A DNA stretch of 63,503 nt, the filler included, from Craspedostauros australis (lineage: Eukaryota): the NCBI GenBank assembly GCA_030167865.1. It is 18 parts of 18 records of this genome, joined end to end, with 100 filler letters (N's around TTAATTAATTAA, not from the genome) between each part and the next. Parts side by side here need not be neighbours in the genome. Positions count along the whole stretch, not along the records: positions 28,193 to 41,502 come from JALAGF010001817.1; positions 41,603 to 43,255 come from JALAGF010001818.1; positions 43,356 to 44,466 come from JALAGF010001819.1; positions 44,567 to 46,232 come from JALAGF010001820.1; positions 46,333 to 47,437 come from JALAGF010001821.1; positions 47,538 to 49,805 come from JALAGF010001822.1; 12 more parts are not named here. One strand, 5' to 3'. The translations under genes were made by a program, and so were the position numbers. The notes below the pieces were generated by a model that did no database searches, had not been told where the DNA came from, and worked only from the letters and a program-made list of their open reading frames with translations. Shown here piece by piece: positions 37,064 through 49,905 of the stretch; the first letter of the stretch is position 1; each line of letters begins with the position of its first letter.

Positions 37064-37945
37064 TTAGAAGGCGAGCTTCAGCTTTTGGCAGTACTCCTCG
37101 AACTGAGCAGACTGAAGTCGACGGCGTTGGGCGCGCTGTCGTTGTTGCTGCGATTGTTGTATCGAGGATTGTTTCTTCAGGATGCCGCGTGGTTGCCGCG
37201 CCAATGAGGATGGTGACGCCAACAGCGACGATGACAGCTGTGGCTCAAATGACGACTGCGACGATCCTGGAGATTCGATGATCGCGAGCGCATCGTCCAA
37301 GATGTCGGAAAGCGTCTGTCGGCTGCATGCTTCTGTGTCGTTGAAGGTGTGAGGTATGCCCAACGCCAAGCTACGTGGGTTCGCACCAGTCAGCAGCGGA
37401 TGAGCTGCGGGCGTCGACATTGACATGATGCGCTGGAGGTTGGATTTGTTGTGCTCCTGCTGTTTGCGAATGTGCTGCATTGGACGACGTGGGCTGAGCA
37501 TCGGAAGTGGAGGCGGAGGCGGAGGTGGAGTGCTGGTTCTGTCAGTAGAAGGTGTTACTGCAGTTGCATGGATGGATGCAGTCTTACGGCGTGGGAGGAC
37601 CGGCGAACCCATACCCATGTTTGTGAAGGAATCCCGTCGACAAGCATCGGCGTTGTCGCTGCTTTCGATTCCAGCTGCTGCTTCGATGTGATCATTGTCG
37701 CGAGCGGCTTGCTGCGCGCCCTCGTCGGTGCTTTCCGTTTGGGTGTGTTCGCTGTCGGCGTTCAAGTTCTCATCCGCAGACATCTCCAGGAGAGAGCTGG
37801 AGGAACTGAACATGCCGGAATCGTGCAGATCGCAGAGAAGATCTTCAGTGGGCATGCGCGCGCTGTCGGTGACAAGCTCGACGTTGCCTTGCTCGATGGA
37901 CTTGCTCTGCAGCAGTTCTGCGAAGAAGTTGAATGAGGCTGTCAT
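37064..37945 (-). CDS. Uncharacterised, probably disordered protein, 293 aa
   Basis: Intact ATG-to-stop ORF with FFAELL...ELVTDSAR and SPVLPRRK motifs typical of diatom hypothetical proteins. No known domain recognised. Confidence 0.6.
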   Translation of the reverse strand: MTASFNFFAELLQSKSIEQGNVELVTDSARMPTEDLLCDLHDSGMFSSSSSLLEMSADENLNADSEHTQTESTDEGAQQAARDNDHIEAAAGIESSDNADACRRDSFTNMGMGSPVLPRRKTASIHATAVTPSTDRTSTPPPPPPPLPMLSPRRPMQHIRKQQEHNKSNLQRIMSMSTPAAHPLLTGANPRSLALGIPHTFNDTEACSRQTLSDILDDALAIIESPGSSQSSFEPQLSSSLLASPSSLARQPRGILKKQSSIQQSQQQRQRAQRRRLQSAQFEEYCQKLKLAF

Positions 37946-40900
37946 GGTGATGATGATGTGATGATGTGATGATGTGTGATGGTGGTTTTTGATTGATTGG
38001 TGGTTTCAAATTTATGAGTGTGTTGTGTGAGCTTCTGTGTTGGTTGTGGCGAGCTGATGTTGCTTCGTTGCATTTTATGATCTCGTGTCGATTGTTGCTG
38101 ACTGCTCCCCTGAGTTGTTGCCAGTTCTTTGTGGCGGTGTTGTTTTGGTTGTCATCACCACCACAGCCACCACCACCAGCACCATCATTGCACATGGCTG
38201 CCTAGCAACCCAGTCCCAGCGAGCCAAACCGTCAGCAGTGATGTGTCATCGCGTGTGTTGTGTCGCATCACGATCATGCAGCATGCGTTGGTGCGATGCG
38301 GAGTGTGCAATGTGCTCGTCCCAGCGACAAAGTGAGGCTGTGATGTCTTGGCCGCTGTGCACGACATCTTGAGAAGGGGCTTGCGTTTCTCACCCAACGA
38401 AGGTGTCAAGCGTTCAATTGCCTGACATGTTGTTGACCAAAGTCAGTGATGGAATACTTAATGCGTCGTGAATGGATCGGTGTCTCGCTTCATATGGAAT
38501 GCGAATGAGATGACATCGTCGAGACGTTTTATGCGAATTGCTTCATTCGCGCTCTATCAAGCGAGAGTAACATGACACAAACACGTCACGGTAGCCGTTC
38601 TGTACATTTCGCTCAACAATTGCACAGGATAACAATCAACAAATAAGCGCGGCAGAACGGTATTGGGGTATTCACGGCAATCGGGAAAGACGAAGGAAGT
38701 GGAAAAGAGCGAATTAATCCACTGCGTGAGTGTTGGTGTCCGGACCATTTCGAGAGAACCGTCTTGTACCTTCGCCTCTGGCCGACGCAACCAAAACGCA
38801 GAAGCGCCTAATACCGTTTGCCTTGATCATGCGATGGATGGTTGGTTGCCGTGCGGTGTCTGTGCTTCGTAGTAGAGTTCCTGCCTGCGTTTTGATAAAC
38901 TTGATGCCTTCTCGCGAACCGAATTGCACTGTAAAAGGGTCGTAATGCCTGGATTAAGTACTACTGTACTGAGAGAAGCATGATGCCGACAGATACGATC
39001 GAAGAGGCAGGATCATGGTCATCGAAGCGCTGCAGAACTTTTGGAATTGCGTTGCGAAGATGCCGCTGTACTTAAGCGGATGTACCACGCATGTCTTCTG
39101 ATGTGTGTTCGAATGATGAAAACGGTTCGTTGGGTGGCACTATCACTTGTGCTCGTACTTGAGAGAAGTGATGACCGTTTCAGCATGAGTATTGGAGGCG
39201 CTATGCTCGAATTGCAGGAGTAGCTCGTCGCTCGTCAAGAGATACGACTAGAGAGTGGCCGCCAGTGGCGAGGCTGCTGTCCAAACCTCAAGTTCTTGTA
39301 CAACCCGATCTCTGACGTACCCTCTGCGCTTCTGGACTTCGCTCTGTTCCCGTCGAGAAAGCGCTGAACGGCGCTTCTCTGGGATGTGTTGGACGCTCAT
39401 CTCTTTGCGTTGGTCGCGCAGTGGTCGTGATGCGGATCACAATGATCAGACTGACAGACATTTATGATTTTCACAAACAGACAACACAAAACACACAGAC
39501 AGACAGTGCATTCCGCTCCGCGCATCCGTCGTGTTCGACGGTGAAGCAACACGACGCAAGACATCTCCTTGCCGTTGAGGGTACGATGATGCTACACGTA
39601 AGCACGACTACCCGTCTAACGATCGATTGCACTCAAGACGCCTGAGTGTTTCGTTACATCGTGAAGTACAATAGATCACCGCTTGTGATTCTCTCTGCGG
39701 AGAGCAATTCGGAGCAAGTGATTGCAGAGAGACTTGGAAGTAGCACAACGTGGAATGGCGCAAAGTAGAGGAGCTCCAATAACTCCGATGACAGAATCAC
39801 TTGGCGGTACCGATCATCCAAGGCATATTGCTCTCCACTACTTTACAACATCTCTTTCCAGTGGAATATCCGGAGCACACCAGCAGAGTGTATCGCTCGT
39901 GAAACCTTCGTTTCGAACCAAGATTCCTCTTTGGGCGAAACCGCATCAAATGCCCCTCCGTCTGCTCCATTGACGAACAACATGCGTCTTGTGGAGAGTG
40001 CCCGTAAATGCCTCTTCCTCACTCACTTCCATCTGCCAATCGTTGCAATTGCATGCGAGATTGCACCTGGTCCCGACTTTCGCCGTACGAATCAGTATCG
40101 GGCTTGAGCATCCTTCTGATGGCAGAGCTTGTATGGCGAATGCGCAAGGGAACCGCGGTAAAGGCCATATAATGGTCGGATTTTGCTTTGTTCACGCTTG
40201 AGGCGTGTTGTACGGTTTTGGGATCTGTCGAGTGATGCACTAATGGGATTACTGGAGCACGCCTTTCCCGTGTTGACTTGACGTTGCGTTTATTTACGTA
40301 CGTGTTTGACGTGTCGTGCACTGTGTGCCAATGCCAATGACGTCCGCTTCACGCTCGTTCCACCCCTGTTGTGTCTGCTCCAAGACATGCCAATTTCCAG
40401 ACCCACGACATCGCATCGCCGTCTTCTTGTCAATATGGCAGTCCCGTACGACAGCCTCGCTTTCCGCACAAATCTTGATTCGCAACAGCCGTTTGCGTTC
40501 TTCCGCTTCCTGCTCGTGCGGTTCCTGTTCACACCACGTTTGATTCAGGTGAAGGGCTCCCAACAATATGCGCCATGCCTCGTGCTCCGGAGAGTCATTG
40601 GCTTTGATTTGCCAACTGCAGAACTCTACACGAGAAAAGGTCACACTCTCTTTGTTCCTTCCTGCCTGAGCGTCACGTGACTCCCCAACGTTCCTCGCGA
40701 TGTTCACCGCATTCTTTGCTGAGGACTCATGGCGCTGGCATCGCTACCGTTGTGGGCAGTGGTGGCGACCACAAACCCGTCCCTCCGCTCAACGTCGTTG
40801 TGGTTGGGTGGCCAAGATGCCTTGCTGATGTTGCCCTTCGTTTGTCCATGATGTAAACCGGGACTCTCTTGGGCAAGCGTTGGTGTCTCCTCGTCTCCTT

Positions 40901-41602
40901 CGTCCTCCTGGACTGGCTATTCAGTGCGTCCCACATGCAACCACAACAAGGTAGTCCTTCAAACCTCCAACAGCAAAACATAGCACTAAATTTACTACCC
41001 CGTAATCAGGACACCCTAACAGCACTCACTCAAACAGGCAAGGGGGGAGCGAGAATAGAGGGCAAATGAAGTCCGGTTGTGTCCGGCTTTGCCTTCCAGT
41101 GTCGGACTTTGGCAGGTCAAAAGGGGAAGTGAAACTGCCAACGTCAGCNNNNNNNNNNNNNNNNNNNNNNNNNNNNNNNNNNNNNNNNNNNNNNNNNNNN
41201 NNNNNNNNNNNNNNNNNNNNNNNNNNNNNNNNNNNNNNNNNNNNNNNNNNNNNNNNNNNNNNNNNNNNNTTGAAGGTTGGAGAGGAAAACGAGATGGGCT
41301 GGTCATCACACTGCTCTGCTGTTGGTTGTCGCTGTTCATGGTCTTGTACATTTGAAAAATTGCTCCACAATCCCCAGGCGATGAGACCACGATGCTTCAT
41401 TGCTCTTGGCAGGTTTGGGAGCTGATTCTCCAATTGTTGGAGTGAAGGTGCGAGTGTTCCATGTCTTAGTCTTGTTCCAATTTTGCAGGATAGTCTTGCT
41501 TTNNNNNNNNNNNNNNNNNNNNNNNNNNNNNNNNNNNNNNNNNNNNTTAATTAATTAANNNNNNNNNNNNNNNNNNNNNNNNNNNNNNNNNNNNNNNNNN
41601 NN

Positions 41603-43255
41603 CACCCGCGCTGAACGCAAGGGCTACGGGAACTTTTACCTCCAAGCTGCGGATGCCGTGGTGGTGAAGGATGAACCTCTTGGACCGTCCGGTCTTGGCC
41701 CGACGACGGGCGGAGACTCGGGTACGGGGGAACCCAAGAAGGTGTCAGCCATGTCCTACACGGAGAAGGCTGAGTACTGGAAGGCGTTGGCGAAGTACGC
41801 GTTTGAAGAACTGACCATGGCTATCAACCATGAAACTCCAGAAGGCAATGTTGCCTTCATGGCTGTGCTGGGATGCAAGAGCGGTACCTACGAAGATGGT
41901 GATCCACGCAAGGCGTGGAAGGCGCTCGAGCGCATCTACGAGCAACGTACTGCACCAGTGAAGGCGCAGCTGTTGGCTCAACTCAACGGAATGCGGTTGA
42001 AGAAGGGCGAGCGCCCTGATTCGTTCCTCACCGAGATGGAGGTGTTCTGCAACCGTTTGGGGAATGCTGGCGTGAAGATCGACATCGAGCAATACAACAT
42101 GCTTGTACTCAACGCTCTCGGGAGAGACTACGAGATGGACGTGAAGCTCATAGAGCTCAAGTTCGCAGGCAAAGAAGACAAGATGACAGTTNNNNNNNNN
42201 NNNNNNNNNNNNNNNNNNNNNNNNNNNNNNNNNNNNNNNNNNNNNNNNNNNNNNNNNNNNNNNNNNNNNNNNNNNNNNNNNNNNNNNNNNNNNNNNNNNN
42301 NNNNNNNNTTCAAGGGCAACTGTCGCAACTGTGGCATCTACGGACACAAGAAGGCGGACTGTCGCTCCCCTACAAAGAGCGGCAACGGCAAGCAAGGCGG
42401 TGGCGCCAAGAAGAACGGCAACCGCAGCAACGGCAACCGCAACAACGGCAACTTCAGCGCCGGAGGCTTCAACGGCAAGTGCAAGTTCTGTGGCAAGACT
42501 GGCCACAAAATCTTGCAATGCTTCAAGTTGAAAGCAGCGATGAAGGACGCAGACTCAGCCAATGTGGCTACTGACGGGATGGACAGCATGGACGACGTCG
42601 CGCTGGTCACCGTCGATGATGTGATGTTGTGTCACGAAATCGCAGAGGATGGAGAAATCGCGCGCAACATCGAAAATGAGAGCGAAGCTGACGAAACCGA
42701 AAGCAACGAGATTGCGATGCCCGGCATCGACCTCCGCGCGACGGCCTCAGCAAGGCGACCAGAGCCAATTTACAACGTGCGCCCCATCCGCTCCTACATG
42801 GACGGATTGATCGAGACCGCGTCTCGACGGGACAGAGACAACGCGTGGTGCCCACTGTGCCTGACCAAAGGGCCTTTGTTCTCGTGGTGTGTTGACTGCC
42901 CGTTCTGCCCATTCTTGATCCTCATCCCAGGAGGACCAAAGGGAGACGTGCCTGTGACACCAGCCGAGAAGCTCCAACGGCGCCAAATCCTTGGAAGCGA
43001 CAGCCCTCCTTATGCGGTGAGANNNNNNNNNNNNNNNNNNNNNTATGCGGTGAGATGCTCGCTGTCCAACGTGATGCCTGCGAACGATGTTCGTTCCGAC
43101 CTCTCGCTCATCTGCTATGACGCGATGGAGGCATACCAAGGCATCGACGAGAACCCCATGGAAGTGCGGAATGTGTACTTCATGCTGATGACCATCGGCG
43201 TGATCGGAGCATACGACGTGGCGAGCAAGGCAATCGACATCAACGATTTGCTTGA
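41603..43255 (+). mobile_element. Copia gag region (UBN2-like core + two CCHC zinc knuckles), partial
   Basis: GDPRKAWKALERIYE..., PDSFLTEME, VLNALGRDYE; knuckles CRNCGIYGHKKADC and CKFCGKTGHKILQC. Confidence 0.85.
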
Positions 43256-44566
43256 NNNNNNNNNNNNNNNNNNNNNNNNNNNNNNNNNNNNNNNNNNNNT
43301 TAATTAATTAANNNNNNNNNNNNNNNNNNNNNNNNNNNNNNNNNNNNNNNNNNNNCAGTACTGAATGAACGGAGTGTCGAATGCGGAGCACGCATCGAAC
43401 ACGGAGTATCGTGTAGCACAAGCACACGATAGTGAGAGAGAAAGAGAGAGAGAGAATACAGAGAGGAGCGAGAGAGGATCTCNCGTNCCGACTCATAGTC
43501 GGAGACCGAATCTACGAAACAGATTAACGCGCCGAGAGCATCGGGCAAGAGAACGAACGGACACCGAGAGTATCGGAGTGCCAACGTAATGAAATAGCAA
43601 ACAGACGACTATCAACCAATACCATCTTCCACGATCGTAGGTTACCGTGAGCGGAACTTGCCAACACTCCCAGCACTGCTGGATTGAGAAGAGCTCCAGA
43701 CTGGGTCGGGAACGCCACCACCAGGCAACCCGCTGGGGATGTGGGCAGCCAGGGATGTGTTGGTGTGAGCTTGAAGGAGCTGCGCCTCAAGCTCAGCCAG
43801 CCGGGCCTGCGCATGCTGCTCACGAGCAAGAGCTTCGTTGCGCATGGCCTCGAACTGGGTTCAAGCTTCATGCTCAATTTGGGCCTTGGTCTGAGCATCA
43901 AGCTGAGAGCACTCTTTTGCCGCATGCAAGAGAGCCTCGCATTCGGCCCGTTCCTTGTGAGCTAGCTCTTGCGCTCGAGCAACTTGGGCCGCAGCCTCGC
44001 GCTCCATCTGCTGGCGGATCGCAGCAGTCTGGGCAGCATTCTGGGTGGTTGCTGCGGGGCTGGCAAACCCGCCACCAGAATTGGGAATCGGAGATCCGAA
44101 CGGAGCAGGATGATGGTTGCCGCTGGCGCCGCCTGGTTGGGTTGGAGCAGGATGGCCAAAGGGGTGGGATCCAAATCCTTGTGCGGTTGGGGCTGCAGGC
44201 AAAGGCATGGTGGGATTGAAGGAGTACACCATCCCATCCAAGCCTCGGACGCCACGACGACCAGCCGTCCCNAACTGCTGCTGATTGAAGCTCTCTTGAA
44301 AAAAGCAGAATGTCACCAGTGTGGTGGTGCCGAGATAGTTCTCAACTATCTCAAAGTTGAGCTCCTCGAGGTCCTTGGTCTTTGTCGAGATGTACATGTG
44401 AGTATATGTCGAGATGTACGTGTATATGTGCATCGTTCATCCGCTATTCTCTCATACGCACTTGGANNNNNNNNNNNNNNNNNNNNNNNNNNNNNNNNNN
44501 NNNNNNNNNNTTAATTAATTAANNNNNNNNNNNNNNNNNNNNNNNNNNNNNNNNNNNNNNNNNNNN

Positions 44567-46135
44567 TCGATGGGGTGTATACCCGGGTTCGTGTCGCCCG
44601 TGTGGGGTGTTCGGACCCATGTTGCGAGGGTCATGTCTTCCGAAACCTCCGTTGGGATCGGTTGGGTGGTACCCATACGCGGGTGGTCGTGGTGGATACC
44701 CGGGGTGAGGGGGTCCAACAGGGGTGAAGGCTCCTTGCGGCATTGGAAAACCTCCGGCTCCATGGGGNAANTGGCCCATGGGGATAGGGATTCCAATGGG
44801 CGGGAATCCTCCTGGGTGGGTTCCGTGGTACATCGGAATCGGTGGGCCATGAGGGAGTTGGTTTCCCAGGTTAGGGGGATACCCATACAGGTTGCCGCCG
44901 TGGTGTCCATGGTTAATTGACGGTCCATGGTTGTCATGGTGCGGGCGGTCTGTCCCACGGTTCGCGGGTGGGTTGCCGGCAGGGTTTCGGTTCACGGGTT
45001 CGTGCCCGTTGTCGTTTCGATAGTTACCCATGCCGTGTGAGGCTGGTGTATCCGCGGAACCGTGGTAGGGATGCAGGTTCCGATCGTGGGGTGGGCAGTT
45101 CCCGTCGTTCTCTGGGTGGTTCATCCGGGGTGCGTTGGTACCTCCTGGGCCTCCGGCGGTCGTTTCGGGGGCGAAGGTTACTACCTTGGCGCCGGTTGGG
45201 TTGCGGTTGTAATCGCCGATCGTCGCAGGGTCTACGTTGGGGAAGAGTCGGTTCCGTCCTGTGGGGCCGCGGTTGTCGGGTGCGTTCGCGGTTTCGTCGT
45301 TACCAGGGTGTTGGTCGTAGTCAGTGCCTGGTTCGGGGTCTTCGTTGGGCGGAGTGGTACCACGGGTGTCGATGATCACTGGTGACGTGCTTTGCGATCC
45401 TTGCTTGGCGATGCTGGAGAGTTGGGTTTCGTTCTGGAAGTTGGGTGGGGTACGGTGCGGTGTGTTCCCACCAAGCATGAGGGAGAGCCCAGATGGGGTT
45501 CCTCCTTGGTGGCTGTCGTTGTCTCGTCCGGTTCTATGGGTAGATGCTTCTGACCCAGATGAGATGCTGGTCGCGGATGCGTTGGAGAGTGCCTTCTTGT
45601 GTTCTCCGATGGCATCCAACCACGCTTTGTGGTGGTGGCGTTTGCCGCACCTTTCGGAACGGCAGAAGTCTGCCATGGTTTTGGCGGTGGTGTCCGTGTC
45701 GGCGAACATCGCGTCAAGGGTGGATTCTAGGGTGGATTCCTCCTCCACTTCGATGGATCTGACCCATTCTCCGATGTGGTAGATGAGGAGTCCTGTCTCG
45801 TAGTTCCTTGCAACGTCGTCCGGGTGCTTGAGGTTGAACATGACTAATGCCGGGTTCATGTCGGTGGCTTCTTCATGGATGGTGATCAACAGTTGGGAGA
45901 TGGTCTTCTCTTCTGCGAGGGTCTTGGTTGGGAAGAGATCAAAGATCATGGCGGTTTCGATGCTGATCCGAAACTCCTGTTTGAGTTCCGTGAACGCGTT
46001 CCAGGTAGTCTTGTGGACGTGGCGCACGACTTCGGTTTCGTTGGTTCTTTCCTTTCGGTTCCATGCATCCACGATGATGGGGTGTTGGAAGGTGACCTCG
46101 ATGAAGTTGGCTCCGATCTCTGTGAAGGAGAGCAA
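44567..46135 (-). CDS. Long uncharacterised Pro/Gly/His-rich ORF, possibly a retroelement gag-like ORF, partial
   Basis: More than 500 codons open into the spacer. No diagnostic motif; TE origin is a guess from composition and context. Confidence 0.35.
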
Positions 46136-46494
46136 AGATGGCCCGGCTGTTGGATAGCCTGGCGTGCCATCAAGGATGGCAGAGAGGCTTGGGTCCTTCG
46201 GGTCCGCGGGAAGGGTCTCGAAGGCTTCGGTCNNNNNNNNNNNNNNNNNNNNNNNNNNNNNNNNNNNNNNNNNNNNTTAATTAATTAANNNNNNNNNNNN
46301 NNNNNNNNNNNNNNNNNNNNNNNNNNNNNNNNAACGCAATGTTTAGATATAATTTTAAGCGATTTGTTGTTGAGATATAGCATGATAAGCCGATATTTGG
46401 ATGTGTTTTTGGATGGCCTCTAGACTCGTTTTAGTAGCCTGGCCGGGCGCCCACAAAACTCCACAACTCGTGTTATCGCGGTGATGCACACCCA

Positions 46495-47437
46495 TCACAA
46501 AATTTCTGTCCCATCATCCAACACAGCCTCACTTTCTGTGTTCGCCTTCATCGTATGCGCATCACACCACCTCTGATTCTCCAATTCCTCCTCCTCTCTC
46601 CGCAACTCTTCTTCTCTTCGTTCCTCCTCTGTTGCAGCTGGCGCATTGTGGGTCGCCACGATTGCAGATGCTGTTTCTGTGCTTGTTGGGTTGGTGTTGG
46701 TGTTGGTGTTGGTGTTGGTTTCCGCCTTGATCAGAGCGGCCTGCTTCTTGTCCTTGCGTTGTTTGGCGTTGTACGCTGCAAACAACGAGGCTTTGACACG
46801 CATGGGATTTGCATGCAGTTGTACGTACCAGTCCGTTTTGGTTTTTTCGTCCTTCATCAGTTTCTCATGTGCTTCGTGTTCGGACGGTCTGTTCTTCGGG
46901 TCCTTCGCGGATGCTGCACAGATGCCCTTCAATTTGTCCGCGATGTAGTCTGGTAGTTTGGCATTGGTCCGTGTTGTTTTGCTTGCCCAACCTGGCACTG
47001 CGAGTGGTGGGTGTTCGGTTTCCGCGGTCTGGTCTTGTAGTGCTGTGGTGTGATCGGATGGTAGATGTTGTTGTCCGTCTTGGAGGGCTTTGCCGATCGC
47101 GAACGCCTTGCTCTCTGTCGCTGTGCGCCCGANTTTTCGCGTTTTGTCCGTCTTCCTGGACGATTCGGACGTGATCGGCAGCTTGTCGGACGTGTGCGAA
47201 TCGGCAGGGAGGACACCCAACTTGTTGATGATCCACTCTTCCCATTCGGCGCTCTTGACCACGACGTCTTCCGTGATGCCAGACGCAGCCACCAGCCGTG
47301 CCTGGTCATCGTCATACTTCACCTCGTGAGTCTGACGTACCTGTTGCCCACTTGCGCGGAATCGCCTTTTTGGTGCGCCCGGTAACGTCGTGATGTTGCC
47401 TTCAAGGGTCTCTGCGTTGGCCAGTACCGTGGTGGTA
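46495..47437 (-). mobile_element. C-terminal part of a second Sola3-like transposase
   Basis: TTTVL...RFRA.G..VR.THEV, AEWE, PGWA.K, DPKNRP.E.E, KTDWY..H.NPMRVK and C.AHTMK.NTES all align with 3970-4885. The frame is open from the spacer to the stop. Confidence 0.75.
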
Positions 47438-49341
47438 NNNNNNNNNNNNNNNNNNNNNNNNNNNNNNNNNNNNNNNNNNNNTTAATTAATTAANNNNNNN
47501 NNNNNNNNNNNNNNNNNNNNNNNNNNNNNNNNNNNNNAGTTGACTTGGAAGGAAGGGAGGGAGGAGGTAGTGTCAATTGGCAGTGTTGTCAACAAGTTTC
47601 TGAATGAGTTGTGTTGAGAGTCGAGCATGGATTGCCACACAAGAAACCAACGCTCCTCCTCGTTGCCAACAACGCGAATAGACCACAGATCAAAGTACTC
47701 AAGTTTTGGCATTATCGTCCTTATTTTTNNNNNNNNNNNNNNNNNNNNNNNNNNNNNAACAAGAAGAGACAAGAATCATGCGATGATTCGCGTACAAGAG
47801 ATGCAAAAAGAGAGAGATCTGGACAATCGAATCAATCATTTTGGTTCAGATTGGGCAAAAATGCGAAAAACCATGTTGGTACCGTGAGGAAACAAACAGT
47901 TTGACGAAACAGTGCGGGAAAAAGGGATGGAAGAAAGCGAGTCGTGACGTCACATGGGCATTACAAAGACCTAAATCCCCACGAAAGTGGCTGTCTCCAT
48001 TGCGTCCAGACAAGTTTCAATAGCGGGGCTCCCCCTGGAATTCGGACAGCCCGACGTGTCCCAGTACCCAAGTTCTGGGGCCACTCGAACCCCTCTAGTA
48101 CACAACAGGCGGGACTTTAAGGTCGAGAGTGGTCCCGGAACAAGAGAGGATTCTCACGATGTTCGGAGATACTATACTGGCCTCTCCGCGTTTGTATCAA
48201 TGAGGAACACCAGCCAATGGCGGCGACAAAGAGACGAGTTCCATGATCATTGATGATACTTTGTATAGCACTCTCTCGCCAGAGCATGAGTGGGCCAATA
48301 GCGCTCCGGGCCCTCATCGTCTCCAACAGAACCAAACTGCTTTGACACGTGAAGATTGTGCCACGAAGAAGATCGTGTGGTGGCTGAGGCCACAACAAGC
48401 GGTGTCCTCTCGACCAGTTGTGGGCATTGATCTGCAATCCTCACTACGGGCTACTCGCACCAATGTGCCTACCTATTCCACTTGGCTGTCTCCGTCTTCA
48501 TCTTCATCGAGCAGAGACTTCCGTATCGTACCTGGTGCAGGCGGTTCGCGAAGATGTGATCGTTATTTCTTGCGTGGCTCGACGAACAGGGTTGATGGGG
48601 TCATTCTCCCTGCGAATCCGAACCTTTTCGCAACTTGAGAACTGCACAGAGTGCCGACAGTTCGTCGAACAGAAAGCTATGTTAAATGTCTTGTCGATGA
48701 CTCGTGCTATGTTTGGAGGCCACAGAAACCCATTATCGATACTCTTACTTTTATCTCCGACATTTGAAATAATTGATCGCAATTGATTGGGCCAGCTGTG
48801 TCACGTATGCGACACACGACGGAACAGAAACACATTAATTGTGCGTGAGAGCTTCTCTATTGCCCTGGGCTACTGACGTGAAGTGTCCGCTTTGATACTT
48901 AAGCAGTGCCTGTTGGTTCCGTGTCACACTCGAGCTTTTTTGTACGGAGTTCGAACACGAGTCTTGGTAAAGTTCGGTCGATGTCGCTGTTGTTCGTGAT
49001 GCTACACGAACTTCGTACGTGAAACCAGAACGGCATTTCTCCTTGTGCGTCTGTACTACTAGTCGTACACTACCCACAGGCGCAAACCTCCGAGGAAGTG
49101 ATAGAAATAACCCCTCCTCGGCGCACGATCGTGGATGGGCAATACCTTTCTCCACATCCAGGCACATACGCGCGCACACGCACCAGCACGAATAACAGCG
49201 CACAAACACGCAGGCACGAACGCCTGCAGGCGACGCAGAACAGCCAAAGACACACAAACAACCAAGAAGACACGAAGAATAGCAAGAACAGAAAAAGGAG
49301 GACCAACAGCGAACAGCCCTCGCTGAACCAATCTCGGAGAG

Positions 49342-49805
49342 AGTTAGGATTCGGGCGTAGTCGGCGCGAATCGGTGGAGGATGTCTCTTGAATCTGCCAG
49401 CTTCGGGATAGCCGTGTGATGCAGTTCAAGAGAGGTGTACTGATTGAAGAGTTNNNNNNNNNNNNNNNNNNNNNNNNNNNNNNNNNNNNNNNNNNNNNNN
49501 NNNNNNNNNNNNNNNNNNNNNNNNNNNNNNNNNNNNNNNNNNNNNNNNNNNNCACACAACTTGGCGAGACCCTGCACTGATGTACTTGGTTCAGTGCTAC
49601 AGGGTATACAGTCATTACAGCGCCTTGCTCTCCACATACGTAGATACACTGCAGTGTAGATCATGGCATGTGGCAGTGACGACCATGAAGCAGTGGCTGT
49701 GGTTGGAGCTGGCTCTCGGATTCCATTGTTTGAGTTGAAGCAGGTTGGATACACGCGTTAAGACCACGGCAGTGGTGCAGTAGTCATCAGCATGGAGGGA
49801 ATCAA
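49342..49805 (-). mobile_element. LTR copy A of the AACT-ending family (3' part)
   Basis: Reverse complement aligns closely with 54977-55385; similarity stops exactly at ...GAATCCTAACT. Confidence 0.75.
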
Positions 49806-49905
49806 NNNNNNNNNNNNNNNNNNNNNNNNNNNNNNNNNNNNNNNNNNNNTTAATTAATTAANNNNNNNNNNNNNNNNNNNNNNNNNNNNNNNNNNNNNNN
49901 NNNNN

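Noticed and set aside
38400..40700. Numerous short ORFs in a long intergenic stretch
   Set aside because: No recognisable motifs, consistent frame or repeat structure; no tRNA, rRNA or other RNA gene recognised.
40700..41502. Possible non-LTR retrotransposon C-terminal remnant (RAMKHRGLIAWGLWSNF)
   Set aside because: Only a faint resemblance, interrupted by an N gap, with no RT or endonuclease motif.
43356..44466. Gln/Ala-rich minus-strand ORFs as a gene or gag
   Set aside because: Split by a stop at 43861-43863, low complexity, no diagnostic motif.
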